Shown: positions 29,992 to 40,862 of the stretch, piece by piece
Numbering within the stretch: position 1 is the first letter of the stretch
Layout: each line of letters begins with the position of its first letter
NCBI GenBank assembly: GCA_002346435.1
Contig: DDZT01000049.1
Coordinates: forward strand, 9,341 to 60,134
Reading direction: 5' to 3'
Source: Anaerolineales bacterium UBA3001
GTDB taxonomy: Bacteria > Chloroflexota > Anaerolineae > Anaerolineales > UBA11657
Length of the DNA: 50,794 nucleotides
Position numbers and translations under genes: made by a program
Notes under the pieces: generated by a model
Seen by the model: only the letters and a program-made list of their open reading frames with translations
What the model was told of the DNA's origin: nothing
Database searches by the model: none

Positions 29992-31260
29992 ATGTCATAT
30001 ACACCAAACCCCCAAACTGAAGAAAACGACTTTGCTGCAATGCTTGAATCTTATATTGAAGTGGCGCAACCTGAACAAGGCGAACTTATCAAAGGAAGTA
30101 TTGTGGAAATTAGTTCTGAGGGTGTGCTAGTAGATTTAGGCCTCAAACGAGAGGGATTGGTACCAAATTCTGATATAGAGAGAGCAGACAAAACTATTGA
30201 TGAGTATGAAGTAGGTTCTGAAATTGACGTTCTAGTAACAGTTCACGGACATGGGGCCAAACATCCTATATTATCCGTATATCAAGCGCTTCAACACCAA
30301 TCTTGGAAGGACGCTGAAGTACTGTTAAATTCAGGTGACATTGTGAAAGGGACTGTGGAAAGCTTTAATAGAGGAGGTATCATTGTAACGTACCTTGAGC
30401 TTCCAGGGTTTGTGCCAGCATCACACGTTGTTGGAATATCTAGAGGTATAGCTGAAGCAAGACGTAGAGAACTCCTAGAGGGTATGGTAGGTAAAGAGAT
30501 TGATGTCCGTGTTATAGAAGTAGATCGTCAGCGACACAGACTAGTATTATCCCAGCGAGCAGCTCAACGATCAATTCGTGCGGATCAGAAAGACCAGCTA
30601 ATTTCAGAACTATATGAAGGACAAGTTTTAGATGGCACAATTATTAACGTGCGAGACTTTGGAGCCTTTGTAGATTTAGGTGCTGCAGACGGACTTGTGC
30701 ATGTGTCCGAATTAGCATGGCAACAAGTAGACCATCCCAAAAACATTGTGCAACCTGGGGAAGAAGTTAAAGTGATGGTAATTAAGATAGACCGCAAGAG
30801 ACAGCGTATAGGATTAAGTATCAAACAGTTGTTGCCTAGTCCATGGGACTCTGTAGAAGAACGTCTTGCTCCAGAACAAGACATCGTCGGTAAAATCACT
30901 CGTGTGCTCGACTTCGGTGCTTTTATAGACCTAGGTGAAGGCATCGAGGGACTATTGCACAACAGTCAAATACCTGAAGACGCTGAAGATATCATTGTGG
31001 TGGGTAATGATATCAACTTAAAAATAGTAAGTTTAGACGTTCAGAGACACCGTGTTAGTCTTACTTTATCAGAATCACATGCAGCTCAGGAATCCAGTAT
31101 GTCTGACGACGAGGAAACTTTGCCAGACACAGACACAGATATCGATTCTATTTCAAACAATCAAGAATCTGTCGATTCTACTGATGTCATCAACGGCGAG
31201 ACAGATAGTTCTACACAAGGAGGTGATGGTCATGACGAAAGTAACAATCAAACCAAATGA
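29992..31260 (+). CDS. rpsA: 30S ribosomal protein S1-like (four S1 domains, acidic tail)
   Basis: VLVDLGLKREG, GFVPASH, FGAFVDLGAADGLVHVSEL, FGAFIDLGEGIEGLLH. Confidence 0.85.
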   Translation: MSYTPNPQTEENDFAAMLESYIEVAQPEQGELIKGSIVEISSEGVLVDLGLKREGLVPNSDIERADKTIDEYEVGSEIDVLVTVHGHGAKHPILSVYQALQHQSWKDAEVLLNSGDIVKGTVESFNRGGIIVTYLELPGFVPASHVVGISRGIAEARRRELLEGMVGKEIDVRVIEVDRQRHRLVLSQRAAQRSIRADQKDQLISELYEGQVLDGTIINVRDFGAFVDLGAADGLVHVSELAWQQVDHPKNIVQPGEEVKVMVIKIDRKRQRIGLSIKQLLPSPWDSVEERLAPEQDIVGKITRVLDFGAFIDLGEGIEGLLHNSQIPEDAEDIIVVGNDINLKIVSLDVQRHRVSLTLSESHAAQESSMSDDEETLPDTDTDIDSISNNQESVDSTDVINGETDSSTQGGDGHDESNNQTK

Positions 31261-31426
31261 ATCTCCTGAAGATCTTCTCCGTCGTTTTCGTAAGAAAGTA
31301 ATGAGAAGTGGTAATCTTGCTGCTGTTAGACAAAAACGATGGTTTGTTTCAAAAAGTGAAATGCGGCGTATTGAAAAAAAGAAAGCTATTAGGCGGTTAC
31401 GCCAACGCAGGCGTAGACCATACTAA
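31232..31426 (+). CDS. rpsU: 30S ribosomal protein S21
   Basis: MTKVTIKPNESPEDLLRRFRKKV...WFVSKSEMRR; AGGAGGTGA RBS at 31218-31226; ATG 31232, overlapping the S1 3' end. Confidence 0.92.
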   Translation: MTKVTIKPNESPEDLLRRFRKKVMRSGNLAAVRQKRWFVSKSEMRRIEKKKAIRRLRQRRRRPY

Positions 31427-31456
31427 ATTGATTTAGTCTACGTAAACAAAACTTAC

Positions 31457-31708
31457 ATGGCCAAAAAAGAAGATAAAATAGAAGTAGAAGGCACAATTAC
31501 TGAAGCTCTACCTGGCACACAATTTCGTGTTATTCTAGAAAACGGACACGAAGTGCTTGCATATCTATCCGGTAAAATGCGTCGTTACTATATCCGCATA
31601 CTGCTTGGCGATAGAGTTAAAGTAGAGATGTCCACTTATGACCTTACAAGGGGTAGAATCACTTACCGGTTTCCAAGCAACCCACACCAAGCTCCACAAA
31701 AAAATTAA
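31457..31708 (+). CDS. infA: Translation initiation factor IF-1
   Basis: [12 protein letters not shown]...LSGKMR...ILLGDRV...[11 protein letters not shown]. Confidence 0.97.
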   Translation: MAKKEDKIEVEGTITEALPGTQFRVILENGHEVLAYLSGKMRRYYIRILLGDRVKVEMSTYDLTRGRITYRFPSNPHQAPQKN

Positions 31709-31786
31709 CGTTGACGAAGACTTTGGGTTTTTTTGTTTACATCCCTAACACGCGTAGCACGCGAAAGACTGATATTTTTGTTCCAA

Positions 31787-33109
31787 TCAAGGAGCAACTA
31801 ATTTACCTTCCATAAACCATGGTCCAGTCCATTTAATTTCAACATCAACAAGATTGCCGGCCCATTCACGATCATCTTCAAAAAACACAAGTTTATTGGT
31901 CCGAGTTCGACCACGCCACTTATCCCTCTGATACCCCTCCACTAGCACCTCCTCTTTATTTCCAAGTAATTGCAGGTTGATATCAGACTGAACTGATGCT
32001 TGGATATCATCTAGTGTTTTGCGACGATTTTCTTTTACTTTAGCAGGAATATCATCTTCCATGCGCCTTGCAGAAACAGTGCCTGGACGTGGTGAATATT
32101 TAGCAATATGAACTTTGTCAAATTTGTGTTGCGACAACAAATCACAAGTGTCCTTAAACTGAGATTCTGTCTCGCCAGGAAAGCCCACAATTACATCACA
32201 TGAAATAGATCCCTTGGGCATAAACTCACGTATACGCTCAATCAACTTGTTATATTGTTCAACTGTATATCCACGGCGCATTTTTTCCAGAATTTCGTTG
32301 TTACCTGATTGGACTGGCACCTCAATGTGATCGCATATTTTCGGCAAATCAGCAACTGTTCTAAGTAGCTCATCATCAAGATAGTTAGGATGTGAGGTCA
32401 AAAACCGAATTCGTTCTAATCCTTGAATATCATGTACTTGCTCAAGCAATAAAGCTAGGTTTGAGTCATCCTGCAAGTCATACCCATATCTATCAACTAT
32501 CTGGCCTAACAAAGTGATCTCCTTTACACCTTGCAATGCTAATGATTTACATTCAGCCACAATTTGATCAACAGGTCTTGATCTCTCAATACCCCGACGA
32601 AAAGGAATAATACAAAATGTACAAGCATGGGAACACCCATATACAACCGGCACATAGCTAACAAAAGTGGTCCCACAATCCTCAGCAGGAAGGACTAGTT
32701 CCCCGTCCTGTATAGAATGACGCCTGCCAACAATGTTTGTCTCGGACCTTTTTTCTGTCTGTTGTTCAACAAGATTTAGCAATGGCTCAGGGTCTGACGG
32801 AGGCAAAAACACATCTATATCCGGAAATGTACCAGCAACCTTCTTGTTCCCTTTTACACCAACTAAACAACCCATTAAACCAACTGTGAGATCTGGTCTA
32901 GTATTTCTTTTGATTTCACCTACACGATTCAACCAGCCATAAGCTCTGTCTTCCGCACTTTGCCGTACTACGCATGTATTAAGAACAGCTATGTCAGCTT
33001 CCGCAATGTCTTCTGTCTTCGTAGCACCAAGTTTTTCCAATCCGGAAGCCAGTCTTAAGCTATCGGCAATGTTCATCTGGCATCCTAATGTATGTATGTG
33101 ATATTTCAT
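31787..33109 (-). CDS. miaB: tRNA-2-methylthio-N6-dimethylallyladenosine synthase
   Basis: TLGCQMNIADS, NTCVVR, GCSHACTFCIIP, RFLTSHP, TRAM domain; ATG 33109 preferred. Confidence 0.94.
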   Translation of the reverse strand: MKYHIHTLGCQMNIADSLRLASGLEKLGATKTEDIAEADIAVLNTCVVRQSAEDRAYGWLNRVGEIKRNTRPDLTVGLMGCLVGVKGNKKVAGTFPDIDVFLPPSDPEPLLNLVEQQTEKRSETNIVGRRHSIQDGELVLPAEDCGTTFVSYVPVVYGCSHACTFCIIPFRRGIERSRPVDQIVAECKSLALQGVKEITLLGQIVDRYGYDLQDDSNLALLLEQVHDIQGLERIRFLTSHPNYLDDELLRTVADLPKICDHIEVPVQSGNNEILEKMRRGYTVEQYNKLIERIREFMPKGSISCDVIVGFPGETESQFKDTCDLLSQHKFDKVHIAKYSPRPGTVSARRMEDDIPAKVKENRRKTLDDIQASVQSDINLQLLGNKEEVLVEGYQRDKWRGRTRTNKLVFFEDDREWAGNLVDVEIKWTGPWFMEGKLVAP

Positions 33110-33159
33110 AGTTGCTCTATTTATACAACACTTTCCACAAGAATGTAATGTCCGTATTA

Positions 33160-33927
33160 TCAAACAACGAATCGTCCCACAACACACACTTCTTGCAAAT
33201 CAAACACTAACTCACCATTGATATTTCTTGGGTTTAAATATTTAAGGGCCGCTTCTGGGGCCTGAAAAAGCATTACTTCGAGTTGTGTTCTCCTTTGACT
33301 CGAAATTGATTTTCTATCACAATACGCACGAAAACTTAGTGTCTTTTTGTAATGCTCCAAGTATTCAATTTCCAATCCGACTTCATAAAAGAAACTCTTC
33401 CAATCCGACCCAGTATATGAATGGTTGTGACTAGTATCGCGCAATCTTTCAAACGCATTGATATACCTGGCAGCTGATGGTTGTGCAGGTGTACAACTAT
33501 CTATTATTCCAACAGATGCACCCGGTCTGCTAACACGAACAACCTCTTCCAAAAATCCTAAGACATCAGTGAAGTGGTGAGGAGCAATTCGACAGGTTAC
33601 TAAATCAAAAGTCTGTTTTGGAAACGGGAGCATGTGAGCATCATGCTGACAACAACTAACGTTGTTTGCTTTATTTTCTACCATCAGTTCACGTGCAGCT
33701 TTTAACATAGGTACAGTAACATCTCCCGCGACAACATAATCTGAAATCGAACACAGTCTCATTGCTGTGTGTCCTGCACCTGTAGCAACGTCAAGAGCTC
33801 GGTTGATTTTGGGTTTTTGCAACAATTCAATCATTTTATCCAAGCTTTCCCCAGTTGAAAAAAATGGGCTTCGCACATATTTCTCAGCATGATCATTAAA
33901 CTGGTTTTGTATATTAGTAAGATTCAT
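33160..33927 (-). CDS. Class I SAM-dependent methyltransferase (Methyltransf_11, YcgJ-like)
   Basis: LDVATGAGHTA, LPFP..TFDLVTCRIAPHHF, ERLRD.SH; ATG 33927 preferred. Confidence 0.88.
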   Translation of the reverse strand: MNLTNIQNQFNDHAEKYVRSPFFSTGESLDKMIELLQKPKINRALDVATGAGHTAMRLCSISDYVVAGDVTVPMLKAARELMVENKANNVSCCQHDAHMLPFPKQTFDLVTCRIAPHHFTDVLGFLEEVVRVSRPGASVGIIDSCTPAQPSAARYINAFERLRDTSHNHSYTGSDWKSFFYEVGLEIEYLEHYKKTLSFRAYCDRKSISSQRRTQLEVMLFQAPEAALKYLNPRNINGELVFDLQEVCVVGRFVV

Positions 33928-34036
33928 ATATTTATGTGTCTGAATGGGTACCACAAGTATAAAGCATAATTGGCAACAATTTAGGGTACAATACATTTAG
34001 TATTATTGTTACCTTAGGATAAATAAAAGATATAAA

Positions 34037-34756
34037 ATGAAGGACAAGACGGGTCTGTCACTTAACGATAGTTCAACAAACAGAATATGGCGTATAGGCT
34101 TGTCTATAGTGCTAATTGTTGGATTACTAGGAGGTGCAGTATACGCATGGCAACAAATGGGCCAAGACAGTTTAGTTGCACTAAGTCTATTTGCTACACC
34201 TACAATGACTACCGTCTTTACCAACACGCCTGTACAGCCAACTTCTACGCTTTTTATTCCAACAGAAACCAGTACGATTACTCCTACATCTACACGAAGC
34301 GGTCCTATTAGTTATGTCATTAAAGAAGGTGACACACTATATTTTGTGGCTGAAGAATATGAAATCGATATACAGGACTTAATTTCATTCAACACAAACC
34401 AAGGTGTTGACTTAACTTCATTTCTGCAAGTTGGTCAAGAAATACTTGTGCCGCCTCCAGGTTATCAATCCCCTACCCTGACACCAATACCGGAAGAATT
34501 CGTTCCTGGGTCTATAATTGAGCACACAATCCGTCCAGGGGACATCTTGCAATTGCTTGCAGATGAGTTCAACACAACACTTGATGCAATTCTTGCAGAA
34601 AATGAGGGGCTTTCAGAGAATCCTGATATTCTAAATGTTGGCCAAATAGTACGTATACCTGTCGATGTAATCTCGTTGACACCAGCTACTCCAACACGAC
34701 AACCTTCCGACACTCCAACACCTGAGCCTTCCGCTACTGCCACTTCTTCTGGTTAG
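34037..34756 (+). CDS. Membrane-anchored protein with two LysM domains
   Basis: N-terminal TM, T/P linkers, YVIKEGDTLYFVA...LQVGQEILVP and HTIRPGDILQLLA...LNVGQIVRIP. Confidence 0.9.
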   Translation: MKDKTGLSLNDSSTNRIWRIGLSIVLIVGLLGGAVYAWQQMGQDSLVALSLFATPTMTTVFTNTPVQPTSTLFIPTETSTITPTSTRSGPISYVIKEGDTLYFVAEEYEIDIQDLISFNTNQGVDLTSFLQVGQEILVPPPGYQSPTLTPIPEEFVPGSIIEHTIRPGDILQLLADEFNTTLDAILAENEGLSENPDILNVGQIVRIPVDVISLTPATPTRQPSDTPTPEPSATATSSG

Positions 34757-35909
34757 ACAACTCTTCTAAAGCAGATTTTATCTCAACCAGTACGTCAGTA
34801 TCAGCCTCATTATCGAAAGCATAATTGAGTAAATTCACGGCCCTTGTATCACCAATCTGTCCTAGAGCCCATGCAGAATGGGCTCTAATTATCGGGTCTG
34901 GGTCTTCAACAAGAGAGTCTGCTAGAACATGTATTGACTTATTGTCACGATTATTACCAAGCACCACACTAGCATTTCTAAGTAAACCGCTTCGTTTTGT
35001 TCGTTTAACTGGACTTCCACTAAAAGTCCCGCTAAACTCAGCCTGATCCATCTGTAGCAGCTTATGTGGACTCAAGTGTGGCAGAGGATAAACTGGGGCA
35101 AAATCAACGTCATGTTCGTCTGTTGCAAACCTGTTGTTCCAAGGACACACATCTTGACATATATCACAACCGAACACCCAGTCGTGTAGATCGGCTCTTT
35201 TATCAGAAGAAATAGTACCTCTATGTTCAATGGTTAGATAGGAAATACACTTGTTACTATCAATCCGCCGAGGTTCTGACATGATAGCGTCAGTTGGGCA
35301 TGCGTCAATACAAAATGTGCAGCTTCCACACCTGTCAACAACGTAAGGTTCGTCAGGAGGCAACCATAGATCCAACATAGCTTCTGCTAACAATGTCCAT
35401 GACCCAACATTGTGATTTATCAGCATTGTATTCTTACCTATCCATCCCAATCCAGCCCTTTGTGCCAATTCGCGTTCTAGCAATGGGCCAGTATCAACAT
35501 ACAAGCGGTACTTCACAGGCTTACCAACCACAGATTCCACAAAACCCATCAGCTCTTGTAAACGATGTTTCATTACTGTGTGATAGTCCTTCCCCCATGC
35601 ATATCTAGCTACCTTTCCTGGGATAACGTCAGCACTTGTACCTGAAAGCTCGCCCTGGTAATAATTAGTAGCTACGACCAATATAGATTTGCAATCCGGA
35701 AATATATCTTTGGGGTTCGCGCGCATGTGACGAGCACGCTCGTTACTCATATATTTCATATCAGCATGGAGTCCATCCGACAACCACTTATGATATTCTT
35801 CAAGATGCATAGGAGATTCTGGTGTTGTAACTCCACACAAGGAAAATCCTAAACTGTGAGCATGCTCTTTTATTTTTTCGACGTACTGCTGCCCTTGCTT
35901 CGTACTCAA
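34734..35909 (-). CDS. queG: Epoxyqueuosine reductase with C-terminal HEAT repeats
   Basis: VARYAWGKDYH, VDTGPLLER, CGSCTFCIDACPT, CISYLTIE, FGCDICQDVCPWN. Confidence 0.95.
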   Translation of the reverse strand: MSTKQGQQYVEKIKEHAHSLGFSLCGVTTPESPMHLEEYHKWLSDGLHADMKYMSNERARHMRANPKDIFPDCKSILVVATNYYQGELSGTSADVIPGKVARYAWGKDYHTVMKHRLQELMGFVESVVGKPVKYRLYVDTGPLLERELAQRAGLGWIGKNTMLINHNVGSWTLLAEAMLDLWLPPDEPYVVDRCGSCTFCIDACPTDAIMSEPRRIDSNKCISYLTIEHRGTISSDKRADLHDWVFGCDICQDVCPWNNRFATDEHDVDFAPVYPLPHLSPHKLLQMDQAEFSGTFSGSPVKRTKRSGLLRNASVVLGNNRDNKSIHVLADSLVEDPDPIIRAHSAWALGQIGDTRAVNLLNYAFDNEADTDVLVEIKSALEELSNQKKWQ

Positions 35910-38839
35910 GATACCAGTAATTCCCTCAAAAATTGGCCAGTATAGCTGTTGGTTACAGCAGCGATTTCTTCTGGTGTACCGTCAGCTATAACGTACCCTC
36001 CATCAATACCGCCCTCTGGACCCAAATCAATAATATGATCAGCTACTTTGATTATGTCAGGATGATGTTCAATAATCACAACAGTATTACCTATATCAGC
36101 AAAGTTTCCTAGTACACCTATAAGTCGTTCTACATCAGACGCATGTAGTCCAACTGACGGCTCATCAAGCACATACAACGTTCGTCCTGTATAACGTCTT
36201 GACAACTCCTTGCTAAGCTTTACGCGTTGCGCTTCGCCTCCCGACAATGTAGTAGCAGACTGACCAATTTTTATATATCCTAATCCTACCGACTGAAGTG
36301 TCGACAGCTTGCGCATCATGGACGCAAAACCACTAAAGATTTCTGTGGATTCATCTACGCTCATAGCAAGTACGTCAGCTATCGTCAAACCCTTAAACCT
36401 AACCTGAAGCGTCTCACGATTATAGCGAGCTCCATTGCATTCTTCACATGGGACATAAATGTCGGCCAAAAATTGCATTTCAATCCTAAGTTGACCTTGA
36501 CCTTGACATCCTTCGCATCGCCCACCTTTAACATTGAAAGAGTACCGGCCTGGTTTATAGCCTCTAATTTTGCTCTCTGGCAGCTCCGAAAACAATTTAC
36601 GTACATGGTCAAACAACCCGACATAGGTAGCAGCATTAGAGCGCGGAGTACGTCCTATCGGAGATTGATCTATATTTATTATTTTGTCAATTAAATCAAT
36701 CCCTTCAATTTCATCATGGTCTCCTGGGCTCATACGTGCACCATGCAGACTCTTTGCTACAGCGCGATACAAAACATCGTTAACTAACGTACTCTTGCCA
36801 GATCCTGATACCCCTGTTATACATACTACTTTCCCCAACGGTATCGTTATATCAATATTTTTAAGATTGTGCTCACGTGCTCCGCGCACTATCAACCGCT
36901 TTCCGTTGCCCTCTCTGCGTAATTTTGGTACTTTTATACATTTCCTTCCTGAAAGATAATCACCTGTTAATGAATTTTTGTTCTTTATGATGTCTTGAGT
37001 AGTGCCTTGTGCTACTACTTCTCCACCATTGCTACCAGCTCCTGGGCCAAGATCAACAACCCAATCGGCTTCACGTATTGTTTCTTCATCATGTTCTACA
37101 ACCAATACGGTATTTCCCAAATCCCTCATGCTTTTTAAGGTGCTAATAAGCCTAGCGTTGTCACGTTGATGCAAGCCTACCGAAGGTTCATCTAGGACAT
37201 ACAAAACACCTGTAAGCTGCGATCCTATTTGGGTTGCTAGCCGTATGCGTTGCGCCTCTCCACCAGAAAGAGATGCCGTAGACCGAGCCAGTGTTAAATA
37301 GTTAAGTCCAACATCAATCATAAACCTTAGACGAGTGTTGATTTCATTAAGTATCTGGCGACCAATTGCAATCTCCCTTTTATTGAGCCCAGATGACAAC
37401 AATTGATTAGACCAATCCATCACACTGGTAACTGGCCAATTAGTAATATCGACTATGTTATTTCCGCCAACAGTAACAGCCAACACTTCAGCCCTAAGTC
37501 GTTTGCCACCACAACTATTGCAATTGTGTTGTGTCATATAAGATTCTATCTTACGCCGCATATAATCTGAGTTAGTATCTCGATATCGGCGTTGCAGATT
37601 GCCCACTACACCTTCGAATCTTTTAGTCCTTACCGCATTGTTGCCGCTACTGTCAATATAGGATACAGCAATGTCCTCGTCTCCATTTCCATGCAGCAAG
37701 ATACCAAGCTGATCCTTTGTTAATTCAGATATTGGTCTGTCAGTTGGAATATTGTAATATTCACATGTATCTTTTAGTACCTGCCAAACGTAATTGTCTC
37801 TGTATCTGTGCGTGCCGCTGCGCCATTCCATTACAACTATTGCGGAATCATCTATAGAGCGACTCTTGTCTGGAATGATAAGATCCTCATCAACCTCAAG
37901 TCGATGCCCAAGTCCCTGACAGTCAGTACAGGCACCATGAGGAGAATTAAATGAAAATGAGCGCGGCTCAAGCTCTGGAAGGCTGATACCACAATGTGCA
38001 CACGCGAAATATTCAGAAAAAAGCAAGGACTCGTTTAGCAATATTTTCTGAGCTCCAGGTTCCACAAACTGCACTGCAAGCGAGCCTTCCCCAACCCTAA
38101 GTGCAGTCTCTACCGAATCGGTTAACCTGGTCGAAAACTCACTCAGCGTCTGCTTATCGTCTTCTTTGGCTTTAGGAAGTATTAGTCTATCAACTACAAC
38201 ATAAATATTATGTGTCTTATTTCGGTCCAAAGTCAAATCATTATCACTTTCATCCTGATCACTGACAATCTCGTTGACATCGTGTATCTCTCCATCAATG
38301 ATCACGCGCAAAAAGCCTGATCTGCGCACATCGGCCAGCAGTCGCTTGTGTTCACCTTTGCGATCTTTCACTAAAGGTGCTAGCAACATAATCCGGCTGC
38401 CAGCCGGAAGTTTTCTCACCGATTGAACAATACCATCTGCATTCTGTTTACTAACTCGCCGTTGACATTGAGGACAGTGCGGTATACCTATGCGTGCAAA
38501 CAACAAGCGAAGATAGTCGTATATCTCTGTGACTGTACCTACTGTCGACCGTGGGTTCTTGCTCACACCTTTTTGGTCTATTGAAACTGCAGGACTAAGT
38601 CCTTCGATGTAATCAACATCGGGCTTGTCCAGTTGACCCAAAAATTGTCTAGCGTAGGCTGACAAGGATTCCACATATCGGCGTTGACCCTCAGCGAAAA
38701 TAGTATCGAACGCTAAGGATGATTTTCCTGAACCAGACAGTCCAGTTATCACCACAAGTTTATCGCGCGGTATATTCACATCAACATTCTTGAGATTGTG
38801 CTCCCGAGCTCCTACGACTACAATTTTTTCTAGTGCCAT
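35906..38839 (-). CDS. uvrA: Excinuclease ABC subunit A
   Basis: [14 protein letters not shown], two LSGGEAQR motifs, zinc fingers, GVSGSGKST. Confidence 0.98.
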   Translation of the reverse strand: MALEKIVVVGAREHNLKNVDVNIPRDKLVVITGLSGSGKSSLAFDTIFAEGQRRYVESLSAYARQFLGQLDKPDVDYIEGLSPAVSIDQKGVSKNPRSTVGTVTEIYDYLRLLFARIGIPHCPQCQRRVSKQNADGIVQSVRKLPAGSRIMLLAPLVKDRKGEHKRLLADVRRSGFLRVIIDGEIHDVNEIVSDQDESDNDLTLDRNKTHNIYVVVDRLILPKAKEDDKQTLSEFSTRLTDSVETALRVGEGSLAVQFVEPGAQKILLNESLLFSEYFACAHCGISLPELEPRSFSFNSPHGACTDCQGLGHRLEVDEDLIIPDKSRSIDDSAIVVMEWRSGTHRYRDNYVWQVLKDTCEYYNIPTDRPISELTKDQLGILLHGNGDEDIAVSYIDSSGNNAVRTKRFEGVVGNLQRRYRDTNSDYMRRKIESYMTQHNCNSCGGKRLRAEVLAVTVGGNNIVDITNWPVTSVMDWSNQLLSSGLNKREIAIGRQILNEINTRLRFMIDVGLNYLTLARSTASLSGGEAQRIRLATQIGSQLTGVLYVLDEPSVGLHQRDNARLISTLKSMRDLGNTVLVVEHDEETIREADWVVDLGPGAGSNGGEVVAQGTTQDIIKNKNSLTGDYLSGRKCIKVPKLRREGNGKRLIVRGAREHNLKNIDITIPLGKVVCITGVSGSGKSTLVNDVLYRAVAKSLHGARMSPGDHDEIEGIDLIDKIINIDQSPIGRTPRSNAATYVGLFDHVRKLFSELPESKIRGYKPGRYSFNVKGGRCEGCQGQGQLRIEMQFLADIYVPCEECNGARYNRETLQVRFKGLTIADVLAMSVDESTEIFSGFASMMRKLSTLQSVGLGYIKIGQSATTLSGGEAQRVKLSKELSRRYTGRTLYVLDEPSVGLHASDVERLIGVLGNFADIGNTVVIIEHHPDIIKVADHIIDLGPEGGIDGGYVIADGTPEEIAAVTNSYTGQFLRELLVS

Positions 38840-38874
38840 ATAAAACCCAATCCCTGTTTATAACTTGCTGTCTA

Positions 38875-38883
38875 ATTATACCA
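38875..38883 (-). promoter_or_regulatory. Extended -10 promoter for uvrA-queG
   Basis: TGGTATAAT on the minus strand, 35 nt before the uvrA ATG. Confidence 0.5.
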
Positions 38884-38962
38884 ATTGGAATATATATGCT
38901 TCATATAACACATGGTTTATTACCTGACTTGCGACACCCTTCCATCATCTAATGTAATGTTG

Positions 38963-38971
38963 TGTTATAAT
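38963..38971 (+). promoter_or_regulatory. Extended -10 promoter for rplS
   Basis: TGTTATAAT upstream of rplS. Confidence 0.55.
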
Positions 38972-39039
38972 GCCGCGCTGTACACATTACATTAGATGTC
39001 GTTAGCAATTAGAACCTAAATAGGCCAGAGGCGCACAAA

Positions 39040-39399
39040 ATGAAGGAACACATAAGACAATCTATCGAAGCTGCTGTGAATCCCAATATCCCTGAAATTA
39101 AACCTGGGGATTCAGTGACAGTTGAGGTGATAATAAAAGAAGCAGACAAAGAGCGCGTGCAAGAGTTTAAAGGTACCGTAATAAAAACACGTGGTAGTGG
39201 CAACAGCGCCAGCTTCACGGTTCGTAGAATAGCATCTCATGGTATAGGAGTGGAAAGAACGTTTTTGTTAAGATCTCCACGCATTGCTAAAGTATCTGTA
39301 ACACGCAGGTCTAAAGTAAGACGCTCAAAGCTGTACTACATGCGCGCCCTGACCGGGAAAAAAGCTCGTTTGAAGCAAAAACAATCATCTGAACAATAG
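39040..39399 (+). CDS. rplS: 50S ribosomal protein L19
   Basis: PGDSVTV..IKEADKERVQEFKG, FTVRRI..GIGVERTF, KVRRSKLYYMR. Confidence 0.97.
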   Translation: MKEHIRQSIEAAVNPNIPEIKPGDSVTVEVIIKEADKERVQEFKGTVIKTRGSGNSASFTVRRIASHGIGVERTFLLRSPRIAKVSVTRRSKVRRSKLYYMRALTGKKARLKQKQSSEQ

Positions 39400-39446
39400 A
39401 TTTTACTGAAGAACATCCACTTTTGTTTCAGCAAATTTATGGTTTG

Positions 39447-39483
39447 TATATCCCAGACAATTTTGGGATATATTTGGGATATA
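39447..39483. terminator. Hairpin between convergent rplS and the AlbA-like gene, with one arm duplicated
   Basis: TATATCCCA-N8-TGGGATATA; TTTGGGATATA occurs twice (39462-39483). Confidence 0.45.
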
Positions 39484-39499
39484 TTGAATCTACTTAGGC

Positions 39500-40858
39500 T
39501 CACTTAAGTATGTAGTAAGTGCCTTTGTTTGCACCAATCTTAAGAAGCAATCCTTTATCTACCATATCTGACAAATCCAACCGCAGTGTTTCTGGACTCA
39601 CATCTGGACATAATTGTTGATACTCGCGGTTAGCTATCCTCCCATTGGTTTGAACAAACTCCACTGCCCGCATTTGACGCTCGTTCATATTACCTTGCCA
39701 TTTCGGTATAATTTTTCGACTTCGATTGTTATATAGAGTAACAGTGAATACGTGTGGTCGAGCCTTGAATTCAGGAGGCGGATGCCCTGCCAGAACCATA
39801 GATTCAATCATTCGATCTATACCTAAACCAAGCTCCTCGATATATCCCCACTGGAAAAGCCCTTTCACTACCCTAGGGTTTCGAGAAAAGTGTTCATCCA
39901 CTATATTGTCTACGGTTATAAATCCGGGTAATCCGCCTGGGCTTATAACTTCCATGCGATCAGCAAACATACGGACCTCTACTCGCCTTCCTTGCAAACG
40001 ATAGTCACGGTGACACACTGCGTTGACCAAAGCCTCTCTTACGGCAAAAGGTGGGTACTCTGGCTTCTCTTCACGCTCAAGACCTTCCACCACTGCACTT
40101 ATTGTCATTTCTTCATGTATTACATCCCAAGTATTCTCAACAACACGGGCTAACGGTCCGTTTATTTCCTCTCTACGTCCATATCCTGCCTTTCCATCTG
40201 AACCTCTTGGGTCAGTACCTACAAATCTAACAAATACCAGTCCGCTTTGAGGCAACACAACATGGCTCTCCTTTCCAAACAACAACATTCCTGCAACAGT
40301 AGGAATACCATCCCTTGTTATAGCACCTGCCTCAAACAACAACTCGTCTGTGTTTCTTGAAGCATCCTTGTGGCGACGCGATGCCAGTTTTTGTATGTAT
40401 TCAGATATCACATCATCGTCAAAATCTGTTGTCTTGGCACCGGCCACTGTTTCAGACTCAAATTCTCCGGTTGATTTAGAGGCAGCCAACAAACGGATCT
40501 CGTCACCGGACAAAGGCCTATTATCTGAACCTGCTCTGATAACAACCCTCCCGTCCGCTAAAGCGTGTAGTTCGGGGCTACGGACGACTCGTACCACAAA
40601 CACTGTTCCTTCTTCTAGTTCAAATTGCTCCCACCCTGTTTGAATAACTGGCCTACACATTTGCTCGGCTTGATGCAGTGCACCTTCAAGTTCTTCAACA
40701 TAAACAGGTGGGTTGCTTACATTACCATCACCATCTTTACCAACAACAATAGACCCACCATCACCATTAGCGAAAGCTACCATCATCTCAGCCAAAACAA
40801 ATGGGTCCGCTTCTAATAAACATGAGGTCAGAGGACCTGGTTTGAGCATCATGTTCAT
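39500..40858 (-). CDS. Schlafen/AlbA_2 + HATPase_c_4 (RecG-C-like) + winged-helix protein
   Basis: VAFANGDGGSIVVG, AVREALVNAVCHRDY, SPGGLP, RNP, EELGLGI, C-terminal wHTH (DLSDMVDKGLL..G..KGTYY). Confidence 0.88.
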   Translation of the reverse strand: MNMMLKPGPLTSCLLEADPFVLAEMMVAFANGDGGSIVVGKDGDGNVSNPPVYVEELEGALHQAEQMCRPVIQTGWEQFELEEGTVFVVRVVRSPELHALADGRVVIRAGSDNRPLSGDEIRLLAASKSTGEFESETVAGAKTTDFDDDVISEYIQKLASRRHKDASRNTDELLFEAGAITRDGIPTVAGMLLFGKESHVVLPQSGLVFVRFVGTDPRGSDGKAGYGRREEINGPLARVVENTWDVIHEEMTISAVVEGLEREEKPEYPPFAVREALVNAVCHRDYRLQGRRVEVRMFADRMEVISPGGLPGFITVDNIVDEHFSRNPRVVKGLFQWGYIEELGLGIDRMIESMVLAGHPPPEFKARPHVFTVTLYNNRSRKIIPKWQGNMNERQMRAVEFVQTNGRIANREYQQLCPDVSPETLRLDLSDMVDKGLLLKIGANKGTYYILK

Positions 40859-40862
40859 AGGA

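Noticed and set aside
31052-31231. N-terminal extension giving a 124-aa S21
   Set aside because: Overlaps S1 coding sequence; a strong AGGAGGTGA RBS points to ATG 31232.
38886-38902. LexA (GAAC-N4-GTTC) box upstream of uvrA; similar half-sites near 18141 and 19040
   Set aside because: At least three mismatches in AT-rich DNA; cannot be told from chance.
39500-40858. Anti-phage defence island
   Set aside because: Single gene among housekeeping genes, with no partner defence or mobility genes.
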